DNA of 64,000 nucleotides from Epiperipatus broadwayi (GCA_028023455.1 JAQFVV010000004.1:16244001-16308000); one strand, 5' to 3'. Counted from the first letter of the stretch, positions 23,911 through 37,629 are shown. Numbers and translations: made by a program. Notes: a model not told the origin generated them from the sequence alone.

Positions 23911-25488
23911 TCAAAATGTATAAAAATGTGGAAAATGCCACTTTATAAATATTCTCATTTTATAATATTTAAGTAAGAAATATAATATTAAGCACATTAA
24001 TGCAAAATAGTGTTATTTTAATAAATTATAATATAATTTAGTAACAAACATATAGTATTATTAATAGTGGAAGTGCATACATCTCTATAATAGGAATCTT
24101 GAAAAATAAAATTATAACAGCTACAATACCATGAAAAAAAATGATCAAAAATTCTCTGGACATGTGTTGTTATTCTCTAAATGCTAAAATGCTTGTTTTA
24201 TATTATATAATAGTTGCAACACTATATAAAAGTTCATTATAAAAATAATAACTGCATTTAAAAATATATATACAGAAGCTTTATTTTTTTTTTTAAAATA
24301 AGCTGTTACAGCCACTTATGAATAAGCATTGACATATTATAAGAGGACACAGCTCTACCAAGTTGAGAATCTACTTTCTTTTTAGTGAAGAAAAAAAAAG
24401 TAAGATTTTTATCCAAGAATAGATCAGAATTAAGCATTCATATATATTATATCTATTGTTATATTAATACTTTATATTAACCACATAATAAGTAATAAAT
24501 TAAAGCTAATAATTATTTCCTTCAATTTTTTTGTCTTATATCCCATATTCTTTAATCTTCAACTATGTAATTATTATATATACTTATTTTGTAAAGAACT
24601 AAATGAAACAATTATATATTTTTTTCTTTTTTTAATTCAATGATTTTGTGAAAATCAGTTGTCTGTTGTTTTTTTTTTAAAAATTTAATTTTTTTTTTTT
24701 TTAATCAAATATTTTTTCTCCTCTCTAAAAAATATCACAAAACTATGAAATCAAAATTAGGACATACTAATTAACTGAAGAATCAAAGGATGATTGGTTA
24801 ATGTATCTGGAATGTTTTAGAGAGCTTTTCAATAAAAAAGAAAAGGGTCATAAATTTACTACAAATTTTAAAATACTGTAATTATATTAATTAAATCTTA
24901 TTTAATTATGTAATCTGCTGAATTTTATTATAATACTAATACTAGGAATAATATCTGAAAAATAGAAAAGGATATAGAAATTTTTTTTATTTATGCCTAT
25001 TAAAATGGTTATATACCGATTACATATTTCTTAAAAGCAAACTTATCAAAAAGGAAAACTATAGAAACACTAAACAGGTGCACAACTGGATATTAACTTC
25101 ACTGCAACCTTTTAAAGAAAGAAGAATTGCCAAGAAATTTATTTGGTTAGATTTAGTTTAAAAGAAAAAAACATGTTGGTCCTCATGCTTGAAGTAGAAT
25201 GTTCAAATTAGCAGTCTTTATTATGGTGATAGTGATCTAAGCCAAGACTGCTTACATTAGGTAATAAAAATATGAAGTTTCTCTGGAATATGAAGAAATA
25301 TATTTCAGTTTAACAATTATACAAAAGTAAGGAAGTAATTTTACTTAAATGAATTATACAGTGATGGTTGTCTACATTTGAAATATTTCAATCCAATAGT
25401 CTTTATGGTATTAGTTAATTAAAGAAACATTCCAAGAACTAGCATTAACTATTAATAATAATAAAAAAAATCTATATATCATTTTTAA

Positions 25489-25780
25489 TATATAGGGTAT
25501 ATGAGCACAGACTTTCACATGACGCACTACTCTCCACTCTATCTCATAACACAGATACACTTGAACACATATATGTCGAAAAGATAAATAATAACCAATA
25601 TATGTATTTCATGCTAAACCAGCAATCAGCAGTTGGTTCAGATTATCATCTCTACACATATATGCAATCAGTGTTATGAAATAGAGTGGAGAGTGGTGGG
25701 TCGTGTGAAAGTCTTTGCTCATATACCCTATATATTACATTTATTGATATAGGTATATAATAAACCTATATTTCAGTTAT
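25489..25780. mobile_element. Family A inverted-arm insertion (hammerhead 25594-25637 on minus, core CTGCTGA)
   Basis: The antisense arm 25489-about 25665 pairs with the sense arm about 25667-25735, which runs on to TTTCAGTTAT. TSD TATATATCAT(T/A)TTTAA at 25473 and 25781. Confidence 0.85.
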
Positions 25781-25796
25781 TATATATCATATTTAA

Positions 25797-25964
25797 ATAT
25801 TTGAAAACCAGGCACTCTTCACAAACCTGGAACTTTAATTGTAAGTATAGGGGTTTAGTGATTATTTATCTTTTCTACATGTGTGTGGTCATGTGTATCA
25901 GTTGTATAAGATAGTGTGGATAGTTGAAGGATGCTTGAAAATCTGAGTTCAAACCCCTATACTT
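25797..25964. mobile_element. Family A (second subfamily) inverted-arm insertion; sense arm starts at the predicted cleavage site
   Basis: 25797-25856 is the reverse complement of the 3' end seen at 50030-50088. The sense arm starts TTAGTGATTATTTATCTTTTC at 25855 (family post-cleavage sequence TTGGTGATTATT). Flanked by TATATATCATATTT at 25781 and 25965. Confidence 0.8.
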
Positions 25965-26205
25965 ATATATCATATTTGTAAAATAGTTATTCAATTTAAT
26001 ATTTCATTATAATTGTTTGCATCATTATAAAAAATAATAAAGCAATGCATTGGAAAAATATTATTGATATTTTTTTTATTTTTTATACTTATATATCATA
26101 TTTGTAAAATAGTTATTCAATTTAATATTTCATTATAATTGTTTGCATCGTTATAAAAAATAATAAAGCAATGCATTGGAAAAATATTATTGATATTTTT
26201 TATTT
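25958..26205. repeat. 126-bp tandem duplication
   Basis: TATACTTATATATCATATTTGTAAAATAG...GGAAAAATATTATTGATATTTTT starts at 25958 and 26084. The two copies are nearly identical. Confidence 0.9.
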
Positions 26206-29052
26206 GTTTTCTTTATGAGGGAAAATTGAATTCAAATACTAATATTAATTGATATCTCTTTAAACTAAGAACATATATGTGAGCATAAGTTCATTTATTT
26301 GTTTTACTTATTCATGCCAAGAAAAGAATAATTTCTAGACATTTTTAATTATTACTGAAGCTGAAGTAGTGTTACATAAGCTCCATTCCTAGAAATTGCA
26401 CTTATGGAATTATTTTCATCATTTATATAATGTTTTTTATTTTTTTTTAATCTGTCCAGCATTTTCCATTAAAAAAATTTGCATTTGAAAATAGGTTCAT
26501 ACCTGTTTTTTTTTTCTCTCATTTATTGTCTGCTTAGTTTATTTTTACATCCAAATTGTGTTTCATTTATGGTATTAACTGATTTTTTATACTGATGGAA
26601 TGCATCAAGTATAGGTTGCTAACTATGGAAGACTTAGCATCATCATCATTTATGCAATTTTACTCGCTGACAGATGGGTGAAATAATTTTTTTTTTTACT
26701 TGTTTTAGAATTAAATATATTGCAATTGAAATTTAATGATACAAGGCGGTTAAGATATATATTTAAATGGAAAAATGAGTTTGTAATTAATAATCAAGTA
26801 AGTAGATATTAAATCTTATTATTAAAAAAATGTCTATGATCTGATTTGGAAGAGTCTGCTTTATATCCTTATTATCACTACCTAAAAGATACAACTTTTT
26901 TCTTTATTATATTTGATATATTTTACTGCTGATTAGGTTGTTATCAGTCATTAGTCTTTGCTATGAGTTATTCTGCTCATACTATTAAAGCTATTTATCT
27001 TAGTGTATTACTTCATATAATATTGTTTTAATAGGATGTGGGTAGATCCATAGCCTGCATACATTTCCTTTTATCAGATATTCCACAATACAGCTAAATG
27101 AGAAGGGAAATATCACCTCATTAGAATTTTAATTAAATGATGATCAATCTGTATTGCCCTGACCATTATGTTAAAACATACATTTATATATATTATATTA
27201 ATTTTAATAGCTCTATAAACAAACAATATTATTAAACTAAGAATATATAATAATATTTATCATGTAATTATTTTTAAGTGCACAAATTATAAGAATCTAT
27301 TACAAGTAAGATTTTCTAAAAAATATTTTAATAAATTTGCAATGACACTCCTCTTATTATTCTTCATACCAGACAAAAATGAATTATTTTTATCCAGTCT
27401 CAAATTCTTATATAAATTAAAATGAGAGCCATTGTTTGAAAGTTTATTAAAATGATTTTTAGAAAATCTCACTTGTAAAGGATTTTTATAGTAAATGCAT
27501 CTGAAGATTATTATTCGAGACATATATTTATACTAGCTATCCCTCTACCATAAAGAAAAAAATTTTTAAAGGAAATAAAATCATGAAAGATTCATCAAAA
27601 TTGATAAAGTAACAAACAAATGATAATGGATTTCTGGTAATTTATGCACAATAGAATTGTCTTCAATTTAAATATTCCTGAATTATGTTTTTAAAACTCT
27701 GGTGTTTACTCTGGTTGTCGACTGCAAATCCTTTGATCCTTGTTGAAATATTTGAATTATACCATAACATTTATTGCTGATGCTCACTTTTATATGTAAT
27801 TCCTTTAATATATTGGTCAAGTTTAGAACATGCAGATGATCAAATCTTCAGACATGGATTTTCTAAATTACTTTTAAAAATAATAGCAGTGTGTATAATA
27901 GATTAATCATTTTAAGTGCTTTATAAATTATTTTAATATTACAAATTATCCACTACAAAATTTTAAATAATCCTTCTATTTTTAATTAATCTTACATATA
28001 AATTTGTAAGTTTGTTACTTAATAACTCCACATATATTGCCCCAATCTTCTTAGTACACACCCACAATTTTTTTAGTAAAATAATATAGTGGTAATTTTT
28101 GAATTTGCTAGAAAATATTGCTTTTAAATTATGAAATTTTTTTTAAAAGTTACTACTAATACCACTTTCAAATTCTGTATCTACTGCTTTCCTCACATTA
28201 ATCATAATTCCCAATAATTAATCTTCTACTCATATAAGATCTTGGATACTAGATGAAATTGATTCATTTTTATCTGATTTGTTGATCAATATGTGGTAGA
28301 ATTTTTGCATGTTTCTAGGAAGTCTGACTTAATAATGAATCCATGTAATGTGCATTTGGAAATATTTGCATGTAGTAGTTAATTGCAAATGAGTCTTAGT
28401 CATTGCAATTCCAGAAAAAAAAAGAACAAAATATTAAAACTGAGTTTTGCATTTGTGAATGGCAGATACATAGTTCACATGTATCATATATTGATCTTTT
28501 GATTGTTTTTTGACATCTTAAAGTGTTATTAACTTTTGCAACATTTTTTTCTCATGAACTTCATCACCATGCCTCTTCATTGTATTCTATCTTCAGGTAT
28601 GTCCTTCTAATGAAAGTAATATATTTTTTTAGAATGACTTTGAGATATTCTTTATAATGTAAATAGTATTTATCTCTTCTAATATATATATATTCATCAT
28701 AAAATATTTTATAAGAAGTCTCATTATTTATTCACTTCACATGCCGAACCCAACAAAGATGTATTCATAAAATAATAGAATCTATCTCATCACATCTATT
28801 TTTCTGATTACTCTTATTAATTGCCATCATACTTTGATCATATTATAGAGCATTTTAAAATTAAATATAGATTGAACTCTTGATTCATATCCTTAAAATT
28901 TAAAGAAATGAACAATCCCTTATATATATTTCTGTATATATAGTGATAAAAAGTTTTTGAAAATCAAACACAGCGTACAACATAATTTAATGTAACTTAT
29001 TAATTAAAATTCCTTTAAAACATTAATTTAAAAAACAATAAAAGAAATTAAA

Positions 29053-29744
29053 CATATATAAGAAGTCATTTATTTATCTAGCGATGTGTTTTTTTTTAAA
29101 TTTGTAACAATCACTAAGGAATCATTCTTCTACACATGCACTTCAGGAATACTCTTCTTTCTAAACACAAGATAAAGTCTTTTGAAAAGATAAGATAAAT
29201 CCACCCTAACTTTTTAAACTAAGTGGATATGTACAGGCAAATCTTAAATATTTAGAAATGAGAACATGAAGATTTCAGTTAATCACTTTTAATTCCATTC
29301 ACTGTGTCTTAATATATATATATAACAAGTTATTTATTTATATAGCAGTATTCATGAAGTCTTTAAATCTATACAGCACATGTAGAGGGATGATTCCCTA
29401 ATGATTGTTACAAATTAAAAAACAGTGTTAGATAAATAAATAACTCATTATATATTTTTACTATTACATCTAATATGGACATGCAGTGAATTGTAAAATT
29501 TCACAAACATCAATTATTAAGACATAGTGAATGGAAATTAAAAGTGATTAATTGAGATCTTCACACTCTCACTTCTAAATGTTTAAGATTTTCCCATACA
29601 TATACACTTAGGTTAAAAATCTAAGGTGGATTCATCTTGTCTTTTCAAAAGATTTTATCTTGTGTTTAGAAAGGAGAGTATCTCTGACATATTTAAATTA
29701 TACAGTGTATGTGTAGAGAAGTGTTTCCCTAATGATTGTTACAA
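29053..29744. mobile_element. Family E element with the same antisense-arm plus tandem-sense architecture (period 331); hammerhead only vestigial
   Basis: 29053-about 29310 is the reverse complement of the sense units. CCCTAATGATTGTTACAAAT at 29396 and 29727. Candidate TSD AATAAAA(G)AAATTAA at 29037 and 29744. Remnant (C/A)TGAAG....(C)ACATGTGTA. Confidence 0.65.
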
Positions 29745-30797
29745 ATAAAAAAATTAATTTATTAGTTATATTCATTATAAAAAAGTGTGTTTTCTAAGTA
29801 AAAAAAAATTGATACTGTAATCAAAATAGTGCCGTGTAAAAGTGATCAGTAAAAATATGTAACTTTTTACAGACATTCTTTTAACAAAATTAATTTAATG
29901 GAGGAAAAAATTCAATCATACACTCTCACATTAGTGAGATTATGAAAAAAATTTGTATTTCTAAATTAAAGAAATTTTCTATAATAATAAAGATGGCAAT
30001 TTTCAAATGTGATTACTAAAGAATTTAAAAATTATTTTTATGACATCATCATTTTCAATTATTATCAGTCTACGTTAAATGGTGACCTCCAACTTTAATC
30101 CAGTTTATCTAATCTATAAATTATTTTATTTATATTATTTTAGAAAACATTCTTATCTCTCTCATACACAATCTTTTTTCTATATATTTTTCAATGTCTT
30201 GTGGTCTAATTAAGGCTTTTATTGTTTATCTTTTATTATCCCTTCTAACAGCATTTCCAGCTCAGTTCTACTTCCAACCTCTTAATACTTTCAGTAATGT
30301 TAATAATACTTATTTGTTTTTTTTATTAATGTATTTCATTTTGGATCTCTTCTTATAATTCTTAACATATATTTTTGTTCATACTTTAGAGTTGATCTGA
30401 AGTCTTAGTAATTGTTCAAATTTCATATCAATAAATAAAAGATTGTAAAATACATCAAAAGCCTTTCTTTTCAACAGATAGATATATTGCCAGTGAGCTT
30501 TAAATAATTTCTATAAAAGTGCTCAATCCAAACTGAATTCTGTTATTAATTTCATTCATTAAGTTTCATATAAGTTACTAATTTGACTATAGGTATTTGT
30601 TGTCATTAATTTCATAATAATTTATGATTATCAATTTTTTTTTTTGAGAAAGTCTGTTGAACATTATTACTTCAGTCTTTTTAATATTTGTCTTTAGTCC
30701 TGCTTTCTTACTTTGATCAAATAATTTTTGTAACATTTTCTGAAGCATTATTTATAAAAAAAATCATATCAACTGCAAAATAATTAATGACTGACAT

Positions 30798-30904
30798 GTC
30801 AAGCATTGGTGCTTGAGTGGTCAGCACAGCTATCTTACAAGCAGTTGTCCCAGGTTTGCAGGTTCGCTTTCCAGCTGATGCTTTGACACATGAAAAAAAA
30901 AAAA
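30798..30904 (+). mobile_element. tRNA-Gly-derived SINE (TAC; short insertion before the T-arm)
   Basis: GTCAAGCATTGGTG...TTACAAGCAGTTGTCCCAGGTTTGCAGGTTCGCTTTCC...GCTTTGACACATG followed by A12. TSD AATGACTGA(C/A)AT at 30786 and 30903. Confidence 0.88.
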
Positions 30905-33900
30905 TGACTGAAATAATCTCTATTTTAATTCTCTTAGCTAAATTCCCTGAAAAACTGCAATAATCTTTTTTGAAGATACGAAATCCTTTTGTTGAACACC
31001 ATATGTTACCATGTAATTGAATCACTGATATTATATTTTGATAAATGTTTTTCAAAATCTGACATTCTGACTTTATACTTTGATGTTCAGAATCTTTAAT
31101 CACTGCATTAATATTTGGAATCATCATTGGTGATTGCTGCTACTTTTTTGTTGTAATAAAATTTACATCATAAACATTATTGAACCCTTTTCATTAGTAG
31201 CATATTAATATGATTTTAATTAAATAGCATCTTAATAAAAGGTGCAAAAATTGCGAAATTATGCCCACTATTTTTTTGGAAGAGGAATTGACCAAACATT
31301 TCTATGATTTTAAAAATGTCTCAACTAAATATAATAGATTTCACTTCAATTGATTGGAAAATTTATGAACTTAATAACATTTAAAGAAAAATTAAGAACA
31401 TTTCAGAAAAATCTATCATTAAATTGAAGTAAATCGATAAACAAATATTCTGCCTTTTAATAATAAACTTGAACAATTAGAGTAAAACGTAACCAGCAAT
31501 AAGGATTTTTCTGTGATTCTGCAGGCTAATTAAAGCCTTCAACAATGGTTAGATTAATAAAAAATATAGAGTAAAAGTAGAAAAACTGTCTTCATTTCAA
31601 ATTGTTAATAATGTTAGAAAAGATTAATAAACAGCTCAATATATCTGAAATACTGATGAATCCAAAATGTCAAAATTTTGCTAAAGTTATTATATGTATG
31701 TTAAATGTTTTAATATGTTTGATAATAATGTATATCCTAATTTATTTCTTTAATTAAATATAAAAATCATTACTCAGTGAACTCATTTTAAAAACCTATT
31801 ATATATTTTTATAAGAATTTTTTTGTTTTCATAATTATTAATGACAACTACCTATATACCTGAAGATGTGTACAAAACCACAGAAGATATAAACTGGAAA
31901 TTAGAAAGAATACTTACTATTTTTTATATCATGAAGAATGTATAACTAGTTGTTCATGGCAAAATTATATGCATATACTGTCCCATTAATTGAACAGAAT
32001 TTGAAATGCATGATGATAAAACTAATATTTTTAAATCAGGAAATCAACATTGTGTGATCTTGTAAACAATGTGTCTAATTCTTAGAACTTGAAATAAATG
32101 TCCATTTGTGTATATAAGATAATGACTAGTGACTGAACATATTTCATATTAATATTTTTATTGAAATAAGTTTATTAGTTTGTTTTAGATTAAAGAGATT
32201 TTATAAATAGTAAAATATAGTAAGCAGACAGTTTGACAAAGCTTGATTGCCTTTTCGTTATATGTGAAACACTTTGAATCAAATTTCATTGAAGAGATAT
32301 GTAATATGAATTATTATTTAGCATTTCATGAGATAAAATTTGATATTTATAAAAGCAGAAATTAATTATCCATATCCATGCACTAATGTTATATCACAAG
32401 TGGAAGTTTTAAATATTTTCAGAGTTTTTGAAGCCTGGACTATTTTTTTAGCTTGCTAAAAAGATTCTGACAACTTGGAAAAATCTAAAATGTATTCTTA
32501 AACTTCACTTTTCATGAAATCATTATTTTGGAAATTAAGAGAATATCTGATACTAATGTAGGAACCATAATTATAATGGATCAGCAAGTTATATTCAGTA
32601 TCTATTTTATATAAAATAAACTTTACCAATAGCAAATTATATACAAATAACATATATACACAAAAAAATCATAACATATGATACACAACATTGGAAACAT
32701 TGGCGTTTCAAGGCAGATGAAGAATAATTCAAATTAAAATAATATCTTATATAGAAGAATGTATAATGTATATGTTTCATATAAAATTGTACTAAAGGAT
32801 ATGCTTGCTTTGAATACTAATAACACTGAATTAAATCCGAATTAAACAACTCATAAAAATATTACAAATATCAACTTTTTTTCCTCACAGTACTTCTAGG
32901 TAAAAATTTGAAAATGTATAAGTATGTACTAAACCACTATTATTATTTTTTAAGAATATTGTATTTTTTGTTGTCAAAAATGATATAGCATTAAGCAAAC
33001 CACATGATTCTAAAAGTATGAATAATTACAGTGGTAGTATAAGAATGAAAGACTTTAATACTTAAGCAATTGCTTAAGATTAATTGTATATTTATGAAAT
33101 ACAAAAAGATGTGAAGTGTGGACAGATTTGAAAGATATGTATCATACTTTCTAGATGAGTATTACACAAAGCGCATGTTGGATCCAGATTCCATAATCGG
33201 TTAATGAGAAAAGTTTGGTAGGAATACCTAGGAATAAATTTAAAACTTCAACCTTGACTAAGGAAAAAATTTTTTAAACATGTTGAATATTTGACAATAA
33301 TGTCAAAAAGATATTGAAATACATTAATGTTTTTAATACTAATAATATTGAATTAATAGATAAAATGCACAAATTGCAACATTTTAATGTCTTAGATGTG
33401 AATTAATTATTATTGATCTTATGTTTGATCAACTGCATTCTTAGTTATATTATAAATTAACACATTTTAATAAAACGAATCTGCAGAGATGACAACTTCA
33501 ATCATAGTTATAAAACATTTGTTATCTGATCACCATATTATGAAAAAACTGTCAGATTGTTATGCAGGATGTGGACATTTCAGGAATTCTTCCTTGTCAT
33601 CTGCTTGAAGAGACAACAATCATCTATATAATTACACCTCTCCAGAATTGTTTATATTTGTTTTGAGTATATTAATCAATTAATTTTAAATATATATTAA
33701 TTAAAAGATTGCCATAGATTTTATAGGTATAAATGTTAAAAATATAATGGGAATTTTCATATATTTACCAAACAAGCCAGCTATGATATAATACAAAATA
33801 TTAAAAATCAATTAAAACTGGAAAAAATTAAAGTCATACCATCTAGTAATATTTTTGTCTTACTTTCAAATTAAAATGAAACTGTTTTTAGCTTAGTACT

Positions 33901-35114
33901 GTAGAGAATTAAAAATCAGATCTATTTACTTTATATGTATGAAAACTGGAAGATTAGAACTTCCTAAATAATTTTTGCAAATAAATCAATTTCTCCCATA
34001 AAGAGTTATATATATATTGTAACAAAACAGAAGGGATAGCTACATATAAATAGAAATTAAAATAGATAGATAAATTTTATGATATTGGAATTAAAAAATA
34101 TGAGTCATATGATTGGTATCTTTCCAAACAATTTGATAAATTACTATCTTGAAGAAGTCAAATGTTAGATAAATGATGATGATCACTATGCTAATTAGAT
34201 GACCCTAATTATAGTTTTATATGCCTCAAATGATATTACCTTCAATTATACATCCCAGAAAAGCTAAAATCATTAAAACATCTTTCGATTGATCAAACTT
34301 CAGGTAATCAATAATATTACATGGATACCACCTATAATCTAAATTATAGGCTATGATCACAGAACTGATTTATCTCAGTCAAACCATTAGTTTCAATGAT
34401 GTAAACTTTATATATAAAGTAATAACTAAATGTACATTAAACTCAAAGAACTTAATATTTGATTACCGCATATTTTGTATACTATTGTATAATTTACACA
34501 ATGTATAGAATTGGAAATAAAGAAATTCAAAAGCTTTAAATATTAACAGAACAAATAATTTAATGAAATAACATTTTAAGTACTATAAAATTTTATAAGT
34601 TAAATAATTAATAATCTTATTAGAACATATCAATATCCACATAAATTTTAAATAATAACTTTAAGCTTAAGATATATTGATTATATCCTCTATTGCTAGT
34701 ATGACACATATCAGTCCAAAATATGAAACTTCTTAATTCTGTAAAATGATACTGACTTAAAATTTTTAAGTGCATATAAACAAATAATGAGGTAAATTAG
34801 GCTGAGTGCAAATCAAATTTTCTTTACTTTTATTTACCAAAATTGAAATGTATGTTCATAATTGTATTAAATATAAACACATATTACATGAAGAAGACAA
34901 ACAAAATATTTCATTTCAAATATTAATAAAATACTAAATATTAAACAATGAAATATACACTGGAATAAATTATATATATATAAAAGAAATACTTTCAAAT
35001 ACTGTATTATTAAAATTAGTAATAAATCAATTATGAACTGCATTAAATGAAGAAATATTTATATAATTGTCAAATATTCAATGCAGTTTATTTGTCTATA
35101 ATGTTGTCACATAG

Positions 35115-35314
35115 ATAAATAATCAATCAAAACAAGATTGAAATAAACAACTATTAATAATTATATTATAATATTTATTGAACCAGCTTTCATTTTCATT
35201 GAGACTTCTCAATATCTTGAGAAGTCTCAATGGAGATTAAAGCTGGTTTAATAAATACTATAATATAGTTATTAATAATTGTTTATTTCAATCTTGCTTT
35301 GATTGATTATTTAT
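35115..35314. repeat. 200-bp symmetric fold-back
   Basis: Centre TTGAGACTTCTCAA-TATC-TTGAGAAGTCTCAA (35199-35230). The arms pair with few mismatches out to ATAAATAATCAATCAAA/TTTGATTGATTATTTAT. Confidence 0.9.
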
Positions 35315-35399
35315 TTATGAATAAATATAAATGTTCTCACCTAGATATATTTTTAGAATTTGAATTCTAGTTCAATTTCAGAAATTTGTGTACATTTTT

Positions 35400-35880
35400 T
35401 TTTTAAGTTAGTAGATTGGTTTGAATTCCTTGTGTGTATTCTATAGATTATTTAAATTCTTTCCAGTACATGCATTTTGATGAGTTGTCTTTATGTTGAC
35501 AAATTGCTTCTTTTTCTTGCTTTGAAATTATCTTTTTTCAACAGTTAAAATTTTATTATACTTTTGCTATTACATGTGGAAATTTGGCAAATAGATATTT
35601 CATATTCATTTGATCATGTGAGAAACAAGCAAGTTCAACAACTGGAGACAATACTTTGGAAAGTCTGGTAAGTTACATTTCATCAGGATTTTTACAACTG
35701 ATATAATTGGGAAATTTACTACTCTTTTGGATGATTACAGCAACACAATGGGACTTTTTCATATTATAATAGTGCAATGCAACTTCAACTTCTACATGGA
35801 TTACAAGGATCTTCTATTTCATGACATCTATCCTTGACCCAGCTTATTTTTGGAAAATAGCCTGCATGAATTTAGTAAAT
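35400..35880 (-). pseudogene. Decayed reading frame of unknown product
   Basis: One frame of about 160 codons reads protein-like (..KILVIHVEVEVALHYYNMKK..LTRLSKVLSPVVELACFSHDQMNMKYLFAKFPHVIAKV..) with seven stops. No recognisable family. Confidence 0.3.
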
Positions 35881-36374
35881 GGCTATTATTTGCTGGATGT
35901 TAACACTATTAGAAAATCTCCTTAAATGTTTTTTTACCTTATGATACAACTAAACATGAAAACTTTTATTTTAACTTTCCATGTTATTAATTAACCAAGA
36001 ACATGTCTTTGTATCAGAAAACAAGCATATTTTCTACTTTAAATTTATTTGTAAAGCTGTTTATTGGAATAACAAAATTTTTTAATGATTTCATAAATAA
36101 TAAAGTTTTTACTTTTTCTTTTTTCAACATATTTCAACAATTTATTTTTATATAAAAATCGTTATAAATTTTAAATGAATTTTTTTATGCTCATAACAAG
36201 TAAGATTTTACTCAAATATTAAATTTCAAATATGTTTAAGCATTTTCCCTTTATAATTTCTTAATAAATAATTTAATTCTTGACACTGTTTTATCTTTAA
36301 TCATACCAATTATTTAATATTTATTGCACATATTTGAGATCAATAAAGCAACTATGTAATCATTCATTATTCAC

Positions 36375-36471
36375 TTTTTTTTTCATATGTCAAATGCATT
36401 GACCGGGAAGTAAACCTGGGCTAACTGCTTGGAAGGCAGCTATGCTAATCACTAGGCCACCAACGCTTGAC
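36375..36471 (-). mobile_element. tRNA-Gly(TCC)-derived SINE, closest to the parental tRNA
   Basis: The head 36395-36466 reads GCGTTGGTGGCCTAGTGATTAGCATAGCTGCCTTCCAAGCAGTTAGCCCAGGTTTACTTCCCGGTCAATGCA. That is 61/72 identical to the metazoan tRNA-Gly(TCC) sequence as I recall it. B box mutated. A-tail present; TSD TATTCACTTT at 36368 and 36472. Confidence 0.9.
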
Positions 36472-36522
36472 TATTCACTTTCTTTTCTCCTAAAAATAAC
36501 AAAAAACAAATAAAATGCTTAC

Positions 36523-36564
36523 TCTTGCATGTTCTCCTTTCAATAATTCAATATTTCTCCTTAA
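36523..36564 (-). CDS. Candidate 42-nt internal exon (LRRNIELLKGEHAR) of an unidentified host gene
   Basis: Minus strand ...GCAATCTACAG|TTAAGG...GCAAGA|GTAAGC. Open in frame 0, length divisible by 3. No partner exons identified. Confidence 0.25.
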
Positions 36565-37629
36565 CTGTAGATTGCAGGTTTTATTAACTTTTATATTTGT
36601 ACTTTATTTAGTTATCTTTAGTGAAGATTTGAGATATTTTTTAACAAAGAAATGCTCATTTAGTACATAAGACCTTGAAATTTAATAATTAACTCTGCTT
36701 ATATACATTAGGTAATGTCTGTCCTATCACTTTGTATATATATTAGAAGTTTTTCGCAGACTTGATAGATGTAAACATGGAAAGAGTAATGGAAATGTTT
36801 GGGTCTTTACTTTGATGAACTTCAGTTATGATGTAATTAGGCTAACAATTGATTAAAACATAGAAATCGAAAATTAAAATCGTACCATTAAAGGTAGGTC
36901 AGTCGAGAATGTTATTATTAGATGGCATGATTTCAATTTGCAATTTCCCATTTTGTTTGTTTTCCTAATTATATTATAGCTTTTGTTTATTTATGTAAAT
37001 ACATGGAAATTCTTATTATACTTTTAATTTACACAGAAGAGTAATAATTATTTTTATATTAATTAACTTATAAATCATATGCGTAAATATAAATATATGC
37101 AATTGGATTTTCTCAGGAGGAAACTAATGCCTTATTACTATAATTATCGTATATCCATCCACCTTTATTTATAATATGCTACTGAAATAATATTGCAAAA
37201 TATTTAACCATACTGAGATGAACTATATATGTTTTATATCACACAGTAATCATGTGCTTCAATAACATCAATTATAAATAAATTGCAGATATCTTTAAAT
37301 TTGATGATGAAATGATTATGTATATCAAAGCAAAGAAACTACAACTTTTAAAGTTTTCATTTAAACTTCATTGATCAGCAACAATCTATTTTATTTTACT
37401 TCAGAACTATTTTTCTAAGTATGAGTTATCAATGGAATCTAAATTGCAGTGTCATTAGATAATTATGCTAGTTTTTGGAGTAAAGTTAAGCAGGCATGGT
37501 TTAAGTATGACTGGGTGGCCAGCAAATGAATATATACCTAAAATAACTCACAATATTTTAAGTAATCAGAATAGTGATTTGTCTGCAACAACACTAATTC
37601 AACAGTTCACTAATGTTCAATTCCCACAA

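Noticed and set aside
30717-31127. 136-aa minus-strand ORF
   Set aside because: It spans the antisense strand of a SINE plus AT-rich flank and has no protein features.
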